The notes under the pieces are model-generated. The model was not told the origin of the DNA. It worked only from the letters and a program-made list of their open reading frames with translations, and made no database searches. Source: Nanobdellota archaeon (GTDB taxonomy: Archaea; Nanobdellota; Nanobdellia; SCGC-AAA011-G17; UBA489). Taken from it: DNA of 58,418 nucleotides. The stretch is taken from contig JAUYMN010000013.1 of the NCBI GenBank assembly GCA_030699455.1, positions 1 to 58,418 of the forward strand, in the 5' to 3' direction. A program made the position numbers and the translations under genes. The number at the start of each line of letters is the position of its first letter. Position 1 is the stretch's first letter. Below, in pieces: positions 8,531 through 18,069 of the stretch.

Positions 8531-10459
8531 CTAAAACAATCCGATAAACCAGCTCAAAATCCCGCCATACCACGGGACATTGACAACATTTACGTGCAGA
8601 GCTTTCTGTTCAACATATTTTTTGCCAAGCTTGTCTTCATAGCTAACTTCAAATTTAAGGTCATTAAGTAGCTGGCTACCAAAGGTATGTATGGTAACAG
8701 TCTTTACTTCATTGCTCTTAAAAGTATCATAAGTCCTTTCATCAAAATCAAATGTTATAACAAGGTTTTTAATATCAGTATTTGACGATATATCAAAAGA
8801 AATTTCAACAGAACCCTTGTAATCAATTTCTTCAGGCTCTAAGTTGCTTATTTTCACTTCAGGTATTGGTATGACATTAAGGTTTACATAGTAATATTTT
8901 ACTTTTTCATTATTCTCCATTATTATTGGAATTCTTATTCCCTCATCAACATCAAAACTTTTTGTTTTGTTTATAGTTTCTCCACTGCCTATTTTAATTT
9001 TTTCGCATGAATCCTGAAAACACATGTTGAACTCAATATTATCTGCATCCTTGTTAAACAAATCGCATGTAACAACAGCCTCATCGCCTGAATAATATAA
9101 CTCCCTGTCAGCACTGCACATGATGTCTATTTCACTAAGCGTATTTTTCTTTTCCCTGTCCAGCTGTGTGCTTACAAAAGATTCCGCCCAGTCTTTGCTG
9201 TAACTTTCAAACCTGTCCCCATATTTTATGATGCCTTCTGCAGATTCACCATACATGCTGTTTACCTCAAAGGTAGTAGTATATGTATAATCTGCATCTG
9301 CTCTTGGAATTTCAGCAATCCAGTAAAGGCTCTTCTCCTCTTTTGGCTTCAGCAAAATGCTTTTTACATTTGGTTCAGTTAGTCCAGGAGCTTTGGTCAC
9401 AACAATTTTCGGGGCAAAATAACTGCTTTTTATATTTTTTAACTTCACTTCGACAGGGATGTAACTTCCAAAACTAGCAGTTGACTTCAGGGGAATAACC
9501 TCAATTTCAACAGCCCCAGGTTCTTTAGGACCAGTTCCTACAAGATTTGTATCAATATCAAGCTGCCCTATATCTATGTCAATACCGCTTGATTTCCACG
9601 AATATTTTGCAGTTGGGCTTCCAGAATCAACATCTGTTTTTAGCTTTATATGGGATGGGTCAAGCCAGCCATATTCACCAAAAGTCACATCAAAAGGAAC
9701 CCATCCTTTTCCTGGAAAATAAACCTCGGCCCATCCATGAGTGCCCCATTCATAATTTACATTGCTATAAACCATACCAGACACAAATCTTGCAGGCACA
9801 CCAATAGACCTTAACAGAGATATGAATAGGTTTGTTAGCTCATCACAAACACCCTCTCCATTTTCCAAAACCCATGAGCTTGGTTGCACAACTTCAGCTG
9901 TCAAGGTTGTCAGGTTATATTCAATATTTTCATTGGTCCATTTAGCCAATTTGAAAGCGACAGAGTATAGGTCATCTTCAGTTCCGACTATTTCATTTGC
10001 TTTTTTTTCTATTTTGCTGTTGATATCTATAAACTCACTCGGCTGGGTATATTCTAAAACAACACTATCTAATTTTGTCAATGGAAACTTTATTTTTTCT
10101 TCTATCCTTGCAACATCGTTCTCAACTTTTATTTTTGCTTCATATCCATAATTGATGCTTCTTTCCAGCCCATCACTCCACGTGTATACTATTTCTCCAT
10201 CAGTCTGCTGTACATTCGCCTCGGGAGAAGAAAATGGAGTTAAACTTATGACAGTCTGCCTGTCATCATTGCCAGGAAAAAAAGACAGATCGCCCTTGAT
10301 ATAGTCAATTTTGTAGTCATCATCCAGATAATCTATGCCTATGCTTGAGTTTATTTTTAGGATCATCTCAACGTATTGCACGTCATTATAGTTTTCAGCC
10401 TGAGCATTAACAATAGGAGATATTAATATTAAAAATAATACAATTAATACCCTTTTCAT
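8531..10459 (-). CDS. secreted transglutaminase-like domain protein
   Basis: Signal peptide MKRVLIVLFLILISPIVNAQA. Transglutaminase core GEGVCDELTNLFISLLRSIGVPARFVSG...GTHGWAEVYF..GWVPFDVT (Cys-His-Asp). Ig-like C-terminal domains. Confidence 0.8.
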   Translation of the reverse strand: MKRVLIVLFLILISPIVNAQAENYNDVQYVEMILKINSSIGIDYLDDDYKIDYIKGDLSFFPGNDDRQTVISLTPFSSPEANVQQTDGEIVYTWSDGLERSINYGYEAKIKVENDVARIEEKIKFPLTKLDSVVLEYTQPSEFIDINSKIEKKANEIVGTEDDLYSVAFKLAKWTNENIEYNLTTLTAEVVQPSSWVLENGEGVCDELTNLFISLLRSIGVPARFVSGMVYSNVNYEWGTHGWAEVYFPGKGWVPFDVTFGEYGWLDPSHIKLKTDVDSGSPTAKYSWKSSGIDIDIGQLDIDTNLVGTGPKEPGAVEIEVIPLKSTASFGSYIPVEVKLKNIKSSYFAPKIVVTKAPGLTEPNVKSILLKPKEEKSLYWIAEIPRADADYTYTTTFEVNSMYGESAEGIIKYGDRFESYSKDWAESFVSTQLDREKKNTLSEIDIMCSADRELYYSGDEAVVTCDLFNKDADNIEFNMCFQDSCEKIKIGSGETINKTKSFDVDEGIRIPIIMENNEKVKYYYVNLNVIPIPEVKISNLEPEEIDYKGSVEISFDISSNTDIKNLVITFDFDERTYDTFKSNEVKTVTIHTFGSQLLNDLKFEVSYEDKLGKKYVEQKALHVNVVNVPWYGGILSWFIGLF

Positions 10460-10481
10460 ATGCCAAATATTGAAAACAAGA

Positions 10482-10489
10482 TTTAAATA
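10482..10489 (+). promoter_or_regulatory. TATA box (TTTAAATA)
   Basis: Ends 22 nt before the ATG at 10512. Confidence 0.5.
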
Positions 10490-10511
10490 CTTTTAGATTA
10501 AAAAGCAGGTT

Positions 10512-11135
10512 ATGAAAGTTATGACAGAAAAGGAGGCTGAAGATTTTCTGGAATCAAATAATTTCAGGGTGGCAGAAAGAGTTATATGCAGCACATCAAT
10601 CAGCGCCATAAAAGCTGCTAGAAAATTAAAATATCCGGTAGTCATGAAAATAGTTTCTAAAAAAATACTGCACAAATCAGATGCAGGGGGCGTAGCATTA
10701 AATATTATTTCAGATTATGGGTTAAAAAAAGAATTCTTGAGAATGAAAAAACTGAAGGGCTTTGAAGCAGTAATGATTCAAAGATATAGGGAAGGTGCAT
10801 ATATTTTATTAGGATTAAAAAAAGACGCTGCATTTGGTCATGTGGTTGTTGTAGGTGCAGGCGGGATTTACACAGAAATATTCAGAGATGTATCTTTCAG
10901 GGTATGTCCTATAACAAGACAAGATGCTGAAGAAATGCTAAAAGAGATAAAATATTATGAAGTATTAAATGGTGCAAGAGGAATAAAATATAACACCAAA
11001 CCAATAATAGATGCATTGTTAAAACTATCAAGTCTGTCCGTTAAGCACAAGAATATTGAAGAGCTCGATATAAATCCAATGATATTAGGAAAAAATAATG
11101 GAACTATTGTTGATGCAAGGATAGTATTCAGCTAA
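10512..11135 (+). CDS. ATP-grasp domain protein (ADP-forming acetyl-CoA synthetase beta-like)
   Basis: 207 aa. YPVVMKIVSKKILHKSDAGGVALNI ... DINPMIL pattern matches ATP-grasp_5/ACS-beta. No alpha-subunit gene lies nearby. Confidence 0.6.
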   Translation: MKVMTEKEAEDFLESNNFRVAERVICSTSISAIKAARKLKYPVVMKIVSKKILHKSDAGGVALNIISDYGLKKEFLRMKKLKGFEAVMIQRYREGAYILLGLKKDAAFGHVVVVGAGGIYTEIFRDVSFRVCPITRQDAEEMLKEIKYYEVLNGARGIKYNTKPIIDALLKLSSLSVKHKNIEELDINPMILGKNNGTIVDARIVFS

Positions 11136-12189
11136 ATTCTTTGCTAATCATTTCAACAAATTTTGGAAAATCTTCCATCTTTACAGATGCACCACATGCT
11201 TGTGCGTGACCACCACCATGCCCATTAATAACCTCTAAAATTTTCTTTAAGACAGGTAGTATAGGCCTATCCCTGCTTCTTAGGCTCATTCGTACATCTC
11301 CATCTTTCTCCCTGCCAAGGATAATGACTTCATGAGGAATTTTATGTAGCAGTTCATTAGCAAGCATTCCTGTAAAACTCCTGTCAATCCCTGGATAAGT
11401 GTAGACAAAAACATTTCCATCAATTTTCTGAGAAAGTGCATCACCTAATAATAGCTCATAATCTTTATTATTGTTCTTGAATTTTTCATAAATCAATCTT
11501 CCGTTAGGAGTAGTCTGTTCCAGTATTTCCATTGGATCATTAATCTTTTCAAGGACTTCAATACATTCATTGGTGCTTTCAGTGGTCCCCTTCATTGCAA
11601 AAGAGAATATTTTGACCATCTTTCCATATTCACTGTTAAACATCAATTCAGGCGGAGTTGTGCCATCCCCTAATTTATCAGCGTATTCAAATTTTTTTAA
11701 TATACTCTTTTCAGGCATTTGCCAGTCACCGATTATTCCAACAACAGCAACCCATTCATTATCTTCAACAACCCGGTATGCCCAGTAGCTGGTACATCTA
11801 TTATCGGGTTTTTCACCATTCATAGGATTGTAATATCTGACACCTTCTCTTTTGACTGGCTGATGGTGGTCTATCCAGACAATTGGAACATTCATTTCAT
11901 CAATAATCTCCTGATCCAGAATAGGCTTGTCAAGAATAACCGCTAAATCTGGTTTGTGTCTGCTTACAGCTGCAGAATAGACAATACCCGAGTTAGGAGA
12001 TGCCTTTACACAGACACCCACACCTTTTTTATAATGCTTTTTCAATAAAAGATATGCAGTCAACCCATCAGGATCGTCATCAAATAAGAATAATGGATTC
12101 TTGGAATTTTCAATATATGACCTTATTTCCTTTATTTGATCGTCAGTTAACATATTTACAATTAAGCCCCATAAATCTTTATAAATCAT
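11128..12189 (-). CDS. DHH/DHHA1 family phosphoesterase (NrnA/RecJ-like)
   Basis: Motifs DDDPDG, VWIDHHQP (DHH) and GGGHAQACG (DHHA1). Start is uncertain: the TATA at 12197-12204 is only 7 nt from the ATG at 12189, so Met13 (12153) is more likely. Confidence 0.75.
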   Translation of the reverse strand: MIYKDLWGLIVNMLTDDQIKEIRSYIENSKNPLFLFDDDPDGLTAYLLLKKHYKKGVGVCVKASPNSGIVYSAAVSRHKPDLAVILDKPILDQEIIDEMNVPIVWIDHHQPVKREGVRYYNPMNGEKPDNRCTSYWAYRVVEDNEWVAVVGIIGDWQMPEKSILKKFEYADKLGDGTTPPELMFNSEYGKMVKIFSFAMKGTTESTNECIEVLEKINDPMEILEQTTPNGRLIYEKFKNNNKDYELLLGDALSQKIDGNVFVYTYPGIDRSFTGMLANELLHKIPHEVIILGREKDGDVRMSLRSRDRPILPVLKKILEVINGHGGGHAQACGASVKMEDFPKFVEMISKEFS

Positions 12190-12196
12190 TCCGTGT

Positions 12197-12204
12197 TTTA
12201 TAAA
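12197..12204. promoter_or_regulatory. palindromic TATA box TTTATAAA shared by divergent genes
   Basis: Self-complementary octamer between the DHH gene (minus strand) and the membrane-protein gene (plus strand). It lies 27 nt from the ATG at 12232. Confidence 0.4.
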
Positions 12205-12207
12205 TAA

Positions 12208-12531
12208 ATGCTGGAAGAATTCATTATATCCATGCCATTATGGCAAAAAATAGCAGCATATGCCTTTCTTCTAATTGGTCTTCTGATATTTGTCAAGACA
12301 AGCAGGCTAAGAATCTTAGGCAGACCAGTAATACCACTAAAATGGAGAATTGGTTTGGCATTATTCTTTCCAGTTATATTTGCATTGGGCATATTATTTG
12401 GAGCGATATTTTTAGGAATAGGTGCTGCATTGTTTGGCATAGCAATATTGGCCGGCATATTCACAGGTAAAAAACCAAAACTGCCACGATTTCCAAAGGT
12501 GAGAATTAATATAGTTAGGAAAGAAAATTAA
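12208..12531 (+). CDS. small membrane protein, unknown function
   Basis: Three hydrophobic segments. By TATA spacing the start is probably Met9 at 12232. An 8-bp hairpin (attagtat-t-atactaat) lies at 12537-12553, after the stop. Confidence 0.45.
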   Translation: MLEEFIISMPLWQKIAAYAFLLIGLLIFVKTSRLRILGRPVIPLKWRIGLALFFPVIFALGILFGAIFLGIGAALFGIAILAGIFTGKKPKLPRFPKVRINIVRKEN

Positions 12532-12901
12532 GCCCTATTAGTATTATACTAATAAATTGCTGATTACATTCATTTAATTGAATTTGATAAACATAAATTA
12601 GAGAAAGAGATTGATGAATCAAAACAACGCAGAGAAACACAAAACAAACTCTTTCACATGTTGGCAAAACAACAACTTTCTCAATTAAAGAGTAAGGAAA
12701 AGAAAGCAATTATGGAAATGTTTTAGGTGGCAGGCTAATTAAAGTTAGTAGTCTGTCACATAGGAAAAAAATAAACAAATTAAAATATAATTAAAACAAA
12801 ATAATAATTGAGGAGCGAACGGAGAGTTCATAAACCAATTTCAACAGAATTATGATCATATAAGCCCATTAACAAATCCAACGAAGTCAATTTTGAAGAA
12901 A

Positions 12902-13465
12902 TCATTTCCTTCTCTTAAGATTAGCATTACGGCTAGGCCTTACTTTTTCAGCACCCTTGCCTTTTCTTCTAAGTCCTCTTGATTTCTTAGCAGACGAGGT
13001 CAATCCTCTGTTGACTCTTCCCCTAACATTGCTAATCCACTTAAGCTTTGAATCTTTCTTAATAGCGGAACTGCCACCATCAACCAAAATGACTTCATAC
13101 CATGCATGCTGCCCATCAGATGCAACAAAATAACTATTTAGAACTTCACAGTTAGGAAATTTCTTATTAGCTCTTCCTTCAGAAACTGTCTGATAATTCA
13201 TATCCAATATTTTTAATCTTCTTCTAGCTTTTGATCTTCTTCCTTTTTTAATAAGCGGTCTTTTTCTTCCACCCCTTATCACTCTTACCCTTGCAACAAT
13301 TATACCTTCTTTGGCCCTGTAACCCAAACTTCTTGCTCTAGAAAGATTAGTAGGCCTCTTAATTTTTTCAACAGAATTTGAACGTCTCCACTCAGCTAGC
13401 CTGTTTCTTCTCAATTCAGGAGGAGTATTTCTTATGCTTTCTTTAATAGCCTTGTATAGTCCCAT
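12902..13465 (-). CDS. rpl15e: 50S ribosomal protein L15e
   Basis: MGLYKAIKE...WRRSNSVEKIKRPTNLSRARSLGYRAKEGIIVARVRV.RGGRKRP matches L15e. Confidence 0.95.
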   Translation of the reverse strand: MGLYKAIKESIRNTPPELRRNRLAEWRRSNSVEKIKRPTNLSRARSLGYRAKEGIIVARVRVIRGGRKRPLIKKGRRSKARRRLKILDMNYQTVSEGRANKKFPNCEVLNSYFVASDGQHAWYEVILVDGGSSAIKKDSKLKWISNVRGRVNRGLTSSAKKSRGLRRKGKGAEKVRPSRNANLKRRK

Positions 13466-13704
13466 TTCACACTTCCATTATTATACTTTATCTGCAGTTC
13501 AGGCGAGTGAAGCCCACATTCCACAAACATAAACCCAAAAAACCACTTTTAAGCTTTTCTATCAAGAATTTTTTTGAAAATTTAAGAAAAAATTCATTAG
13601 AGAAATTGTTTGGTCATAAAGGTAGCAGCTAAAATATCATAAAAAATGAATTACTCATGCCAATCTAAATTATGCCACCTTAATCTGAAACTAAAAAAGT
13701 CAAT

Positions 13705-14838
13705 TCAAAACAAGTAAACTAGGAACATCAATCCAGATGTTATAAAGGATGAATTAAATGTCAGGAATATGCTTATCACACCCAATACAAGAAGTCTTCC
13801 TAGGTTTATCATTATCCCTCTGAAGATTACATATTCACTCAGATATTTCTTTCTAGTCACTTCATCAAATTGCAAGGTGCTTAAAGGAACATGAATCATC
13901 TCACTCAATAATGCAGTTAAAACAGTTAATAAAGAAAAAATAAACACACCATAAAATAGCACCCTTGAAAACCACGTGATAGCGCAAAGAACAGCTCCCC
14001 ATTTAAGAATTCTTTGCAATTTTTCTCTGTTCTCAATGGCACCAATAAAAAAAGAGCTCAAAAAAGCAGCAAACTCTGCAATAAAGAATATTATTCCTAA
14101 AACAGTATAGCCTTCTAAAACAGAAAAAAAGAACAATGGCCAAAAAACAAGTTCAACTATATTAGTTCCGCCGAGTGCAACTAACTGCAGTATATTTTTC
14201 TTCGGCATCTTTATCAAATCACGCCAGTCGCATTTGAATGGTTCATGAACATCTTTCGTAAACCATATTGGAAATATGCTGACTAGCAGTAATATCCCTG
14301 CAAGCATAAAAAGAAAATCAAAGCCAAAGAGACTGATCAAAACTCCGCCTGCAAACGGCGCAAGCATTCCAGAAAAAATAGTAATTGCACTAAGAAAACC
14401 AACTTCTTCATTTCTATGTTTCTTATCAGAAGATCTTATGAAATGCATAATAAATGGCTGCCAATAAACACACTCAACAATACCAAGGAGAATTGCTACA
14501 TAATTAAGGCTTATTCCATAATTGGAAGAGTTATACAGCCCAAAATAAGCAATAGCAAACAGCGGGGCGCTTATCATGGAGCTTTTTTTAAGCCCATATC
14601 TGCTGGCAAACTTCCCAATAAAAGGTGACACAAGTATGAATGTGACAAAACTTATAGCATGAAACAAAACAATGTCAGAAAGGCTCATTCCTTTCTCAAT
14701 CATAAGATAAATGGGAACAAATATCCCCACCATGCCAATGGCAAAAGTCTTCAGTGAGATGGCAACATACATGTCACGCAATTCCTTGTTTTTAAAGATA
14801 AGGTGAATATAATGCAGGTGATTCCTATGCGAATACAT
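13705..14838 (-). CDS. MFS transporter
   Basis: 377 aa, about 12 TM segments with the two-halves layout and a basic loop (GKFASRYGLKK). Confidence 0.7.
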   Translation of the reverse strand: MYSHRNHLHYIHLIFKNKELRDMYVAISLKTFAIGMVGIFVPIYLMIEKGMSLSDIVLFHAISFVTFILVSPFIGKFASRYGLKKSSMISAPLFAIAYFGLYNSSNYGISLNYVAILLGIVECVYWQPFIMHFIRSSDKKHRNEEVGFLSAITIFSGMLAPFAGGVLISLFGFDFLFMLAGILLLVSIFPIWFTKDVHEPFKCDWRDLIKMPKKNILQLVALGGTNIVELVFWPLFFFSVLEGYTVLGIIFFIAEFAAFLSSFFIGAIENREKLQRILKWGAVLCAITWFSRVLFYGVFIFSLLTVLTALLSEMIHVPLSTLQFDEVTRKKYLSEYVIFRGIMINLGRLLVLGVISIFLTFNSSFITSGLMFLVYLF

Positions 14839-14962
14839 GCCCTAAATAATTGGGGTTTCCTTTTAAACATTTTTAAATCCATTCTGCTTTAAAATATAGA
14901 TTTTTTACCAATTATCTTTAAGAACTAAGAGAAATTAGATACCATCAGAGGATAGTTACAAA

Positions 14963-15151
14963 ATGTTAAACAACTTTTTCAAAATCATTGTAGGTCTTAT
15001 TTTTCTTATTTTAGCGCTAATGCTGGTCACATACAACTCTTGGCTGTTAGCCGTTATAGCGCTGATAAAGGGCGGAATAGTTCTTATAATGGTTTTAATC
15101 GGATTAGTATTAGTTTTCTTGGGAATAACAGAGTTAAAGGGAGCAGATTAG
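14963..15151 (+). CDS. small two-TM membrane protein
   Basis: 62-aa ORF, entirely hydrophobic apart from its ends. Its 3' end overlaps the convergent nreA-like gene by 4 nt. Confidence 0.4.
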   Translation: MLNNFFKIIVGLIFLILALMLVTYNSWLLAVIALIKGGIVLIMVLIGLVLVFLGITELKGAD

Positions 15152-16410
15152 AAGAATCTTGTCAGTTTCATTTGAGACTTGATTGATTCCAGTAGCCTGC
15201 TTCTTTTTAATATTTCATCCAAATTAAAGTTAAATTCTTCTTTTGTTATTGCCCTTGCATGGTTAAGCATTTCTTCCTTGCCCGCAAATAATCTTTTGGA
15301 ATTGTCCATCGTCTTTTTCATGCTTTCGCGTACAACCCACACACCTAAACCAGCCCAATAATCAGGAGTCTCAAACCTAACAACCAACGCAGAAGCCTGT
15401 CTTTTTATTTTGTTCAGGTATTCCAGCAAAGGTAGCCTAGCAGCATAATATCCACCAACACAATTTGAAGCATAACTCTTTCTTCCGCCGTAACTTTCAT
15501 AATCTGTGCTGACAGTCAGGCTTTCTCCCGGATTCCATGAGCTTCCAGGCAGATACAATTCAAATAATTCATAAGAAAAAATTTCAGGAAACAATAAGAC
15601 AATGTAATAATTTCCTAAAAAATTACCAAACAGCAGTGTATAGTCGCTTATAACTGGATGATCTTTAATCTCCTTAATCAGTTTTTTGCCAAGCGTATCA
15701 TCAACGGTGGTAATTGACCATCTTGTAGGTACTAATCTTCTATTCTTCCCAATACCTAAAGTTCCCAAAGACAATAACTGTGATAACTTCTGGTCGTCAA
15801 CGTGTTTCTCATACAGATACTCCAAAGCTTCACCTGCTTTCAAATCAGTATCACTAAAAACTTTATCGACATTTCTTTCAACTTTAATGTTTTCTGTCAA
15901 TCTTACATTTTTTAATTCAGCTTTGGCACCGATTGGCTTAGAAACTTTATCCATGCTTAACTCCAGTCTCACTTTCTTCTTTAGATGGATTTCCATATCA
16001 ACTGAATTCTTTGCCATTCCCACTTCACGCGCAGCATCAAAAAACTTCCCACCCACATGCCCCCTTGCAGCATGAACAGTGCTTTGAAATCTAGAATTAA
16101 TCAAATTTCCGCGATATTTTAATATGTCCCCAATTGGAACATTTTCACCAACCCACCTTTGATGAGAATCATATATTTCTGAATCTTCAACTCTGACGGG
16201 TGGGGCCATTATCCCAACATTAACACAGGGATATTTTAATTTGCTACCAATGAATACACTAGGCGGACTGTTTGAAAAAAATTCACTTCCTAAAACAGTT
16301 CTTGCTGTTGGCTGTGGAACACTATTATAAGCATCAATTAGATTCTTCTTGCCATGCTTCAGCCTTGCCCCGCTTAACCGAAACTTACCATCCATAGCAA
16401 TAGACAGCAT
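15148..16410 (-). CDS. nreA: Nre-family (NreA-like, DUF650/DUF651) DNA-repair protein with C-terminal PIP box
   Basis: 420 aa. SPPSVFIGSKLKYPCVNVGIMAPP resembles the Nre N-terminal signature (from memory). The extreme C-terminus QMKLTRFF fits the PIP consensus QxxLxxFF. Confidence 0.6.
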   Translation of the reverse strand: MLSIAMDGKFRLSGARLKHGKKNLIDAYNSVPQPTARTVLGSEFFSNSPPSVFIGSKLKYPCVNVGIMAPPVRVEDSEIYDSHQRWVGENVPIGDILKYRGNLINSRFQSTVHAARGHVGGKFFDAAREVGMAKNSVDMEIHLKKKVRLELSMDKVSKPIGAKAELKNVRLTENIKVERNVDKVFSDTDLKAGEALEYLYEKHVDDQKLSQLLSLGTLGIGKNRRLVPTRWSITTVDDTLGKKLIKEIKDHPVISDYTLLFGNFLGNYYIVLLFPEIFSYELFELYLPGSSWNPGESLTVSTDYESYGGRKSYASNCVGGYYAARLPLLEYLNKIKRQASALVVRFETPDYWAGLGVWVVRESMKKTMDNSKRLFAGKEEMLNHARAITKEEFNFNLDEILKRSRLLESIKSQMKLTRFF

Positions 16411-16679
16411 TTTCTTATTAAATAGATTATTCTCCTGCAGAGTAAGTGAGGTAAATAGATTTTACCAGCCTAAAAATAGCACATTTAAACAGCTGTTCTG
16501 ACAATTTTTAATAAAAAATAATTTTTGTATCCTTTGATAAAATCCACAATACATTGCCAATATTAAAAAGCCAATAATTACCAGATAATATTTAGCCGTA
16601 TATTAATCATATCAATGCACCTCCTTAATGTCACCCAAGAAGTAGAAACCTTTTTAATAAACCCAAAAATGATAATATC

Positions 16680-17246
16680 ATGTTATTCACTATCAATGAG
16701 ATTATAGACCTAATAATAATGACTGCAGCATTGGGTTATATCTTTATGGACTACATAAAAAGTCCTGCATCATTGACTGAATCAATATTATCAAAAAGAA
16801 AATTTGACTGGGATAATTTCAAGTTTGCAGCATTGGTGACAGCACCAGGAATAATTCTTCATGAAATGTCACACAAATTTGTAGGATTAGCACTCGGTAT
16901 AACAACACAATTTAATGCATCTTATTTTGGACTATTTCTCGGCATATTTCTCAAATGGATTAGTTCACCCTTTATTATTTTTGCACCAGGCTATGTAAGC
17001 CTTGCAGGATCAATCTCAGATTTCCAAAGATTTTTAACAGCATTTTCAGGTCCGGCAGCAAATTTGCTATTATTTGCCATAGCATATACAATCCTCGATA
17101 GAAAGAAAAATTTAACAAGGAATCAGGCAATAGCGCTTCATTTAACAAAACAGATAAACTTATTTTTGTTTTTGTTCAACTTGATTCCGCTTCCGCCATT
17201 TGACGGATACTCTGTATTCTCAAGTTTGTTTAGGATGATTTTTTAG
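16680..17246 (+). CDS. M50-like (site-2 protease family) membrane metalloprotease
   Basis: HEMSHKF (HExxH) lies within a TM segment, and NLIPLPPFDGY is the second metal-ligand motif. Confidence 0.7.
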   Translation: MLFTINEIIDLIIMTAALGYIFMDYIKSPASLTESILSKRKFDWDNFKFAALVTAPGIILHEMSHKFVGLALGITTQFNASYFGLFLGIFLKWISSPFIIFAPGYVSLAGSISDFQRFLTAFSGPAANLLLFAIAYTILDRKKNLTRNQAIALHLTKQINLFLFLFNLIPLPPFDGYSVFSSLFRMIF

Positions 17247-18034
17247 TGATTGAAAACTCTCCTTAGAATTCTTTTTTTGACAGTTTTCTTGGCAGATTTT
17301 TTAGAAGTTTTTTTAGTGGTCTTAATCGGCTTTTTTTTAACGGGTGGTTTTTTTACAGTCTTTTTTATTTTTTTCTTCGGCTTACTAACAACTTTCTTAG
17401 TAGTCTTTGCTGTCTTTTTTGCAAGTTCTCTTGCAGTCTTCCTTTTGATATCTTTTTCTGCCTTTTCTTTAATCATTTGTTTTTCTGCAGATTTGGCTAT
17501 CATTTCCCTGTGGCTCATAAGTATCTCATTAGCAACCTTCAGGTCTTCTTCATCCTTTTTCAGTCTCTTGGATAAATCCTTTTTTCTTTTAGCAGAATCT
17601 TCTTCCAGCATTATTTCGCCACAGGTTTCACATAAGAACTGCATCTCTAGTGCATCCATTTCAGGGAATTTCAGTCTGCAATTCTTGCAAACATAAACTC
17701 GCGTATCCTCAACATGCAGCAAATTCTCTTTTGCATCGCCAATGCTTTTGTTTTTCATGTCAGCAATTAGCATAATAGCTCTCGGCATGTCAAAAGTCCA
17801 ATAATAGATATACCATCCCTTGTCGCTGTCTTTTTTTCTTGTGAATGTAACAAGATTGTGTTCCTGCATTCTATAAATTATATTTCTTACTTGATTAACA
17901 GATATTCCTAATTTTTCTGCAATCTTAAATTCAGAAACATTTTTTTTGTTTTTTAGAATCTCTAAAACCTTCAAAGTGTCTGCACCAGCCACTTCCTTTA
18001 CGAGCTCAACAAGCATATCATCTGGGATTTTCAC
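17243..18034 (-). CDS. tfe: transcription factor E (TFE-alpha) with Lys-rich C-terminal extension
   Basis: N-terminal winged helix (SEFKIAEKLGISVNQVRNIIYRMQEHNLV), Zn ribbon CKNC...CETC, then a charged/Lys-rich tail of about 118 aa. Confidence 0.8.
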   Translation of the reverse strand: MKIPDDMLVELVKEVAGADTLKVLEILKNKKNVSEFKIAEKLGISVNQVRNIIYRMQEHNLVTFTRKKDSDKGWYIYYWTFDMPRAIMLIADMKNKSIGDAKENLLHVEDTRVYVCKNCRLKFPEMDALEMQFLCETCGEIMLEEDSAKRKKDLSKRLKKDEEDLKVANEILMSHREMIAKSAEKQMIKEKAEKDIKRKTARELAKKTAKTTKKVVSKPKKKIKKTVKKPPVKKKPIKTTKKTSKKSAKKTVKKRILRRVFNH

Positions 18035-18069
18035 GGTAAGACATAAATTAGCAACATAGTTTAAATACT

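Noticed and set aside
12745-12831. 28-aa hydrophobic minus-strand ORF (MNSPFAPQLLFCFNYILICLFFSYVTDY) downstream of rpl15e.
   Set aside because: No TATA at the canonical spacing, no SD, and a composition expected from AT-rich non-coding DNA. Not supportable.
16600-16640. Plus-strand gcacctccttaatg resembles the 16S rRNA 3' end. On the minus strand it forms AAGGAGGTG followed 7 nt later by an ATG.
   Set aside because: No surrounding rRNA-like sequence. The minus-strand ORF is only 10 codons. Most likely a chance occurrence.
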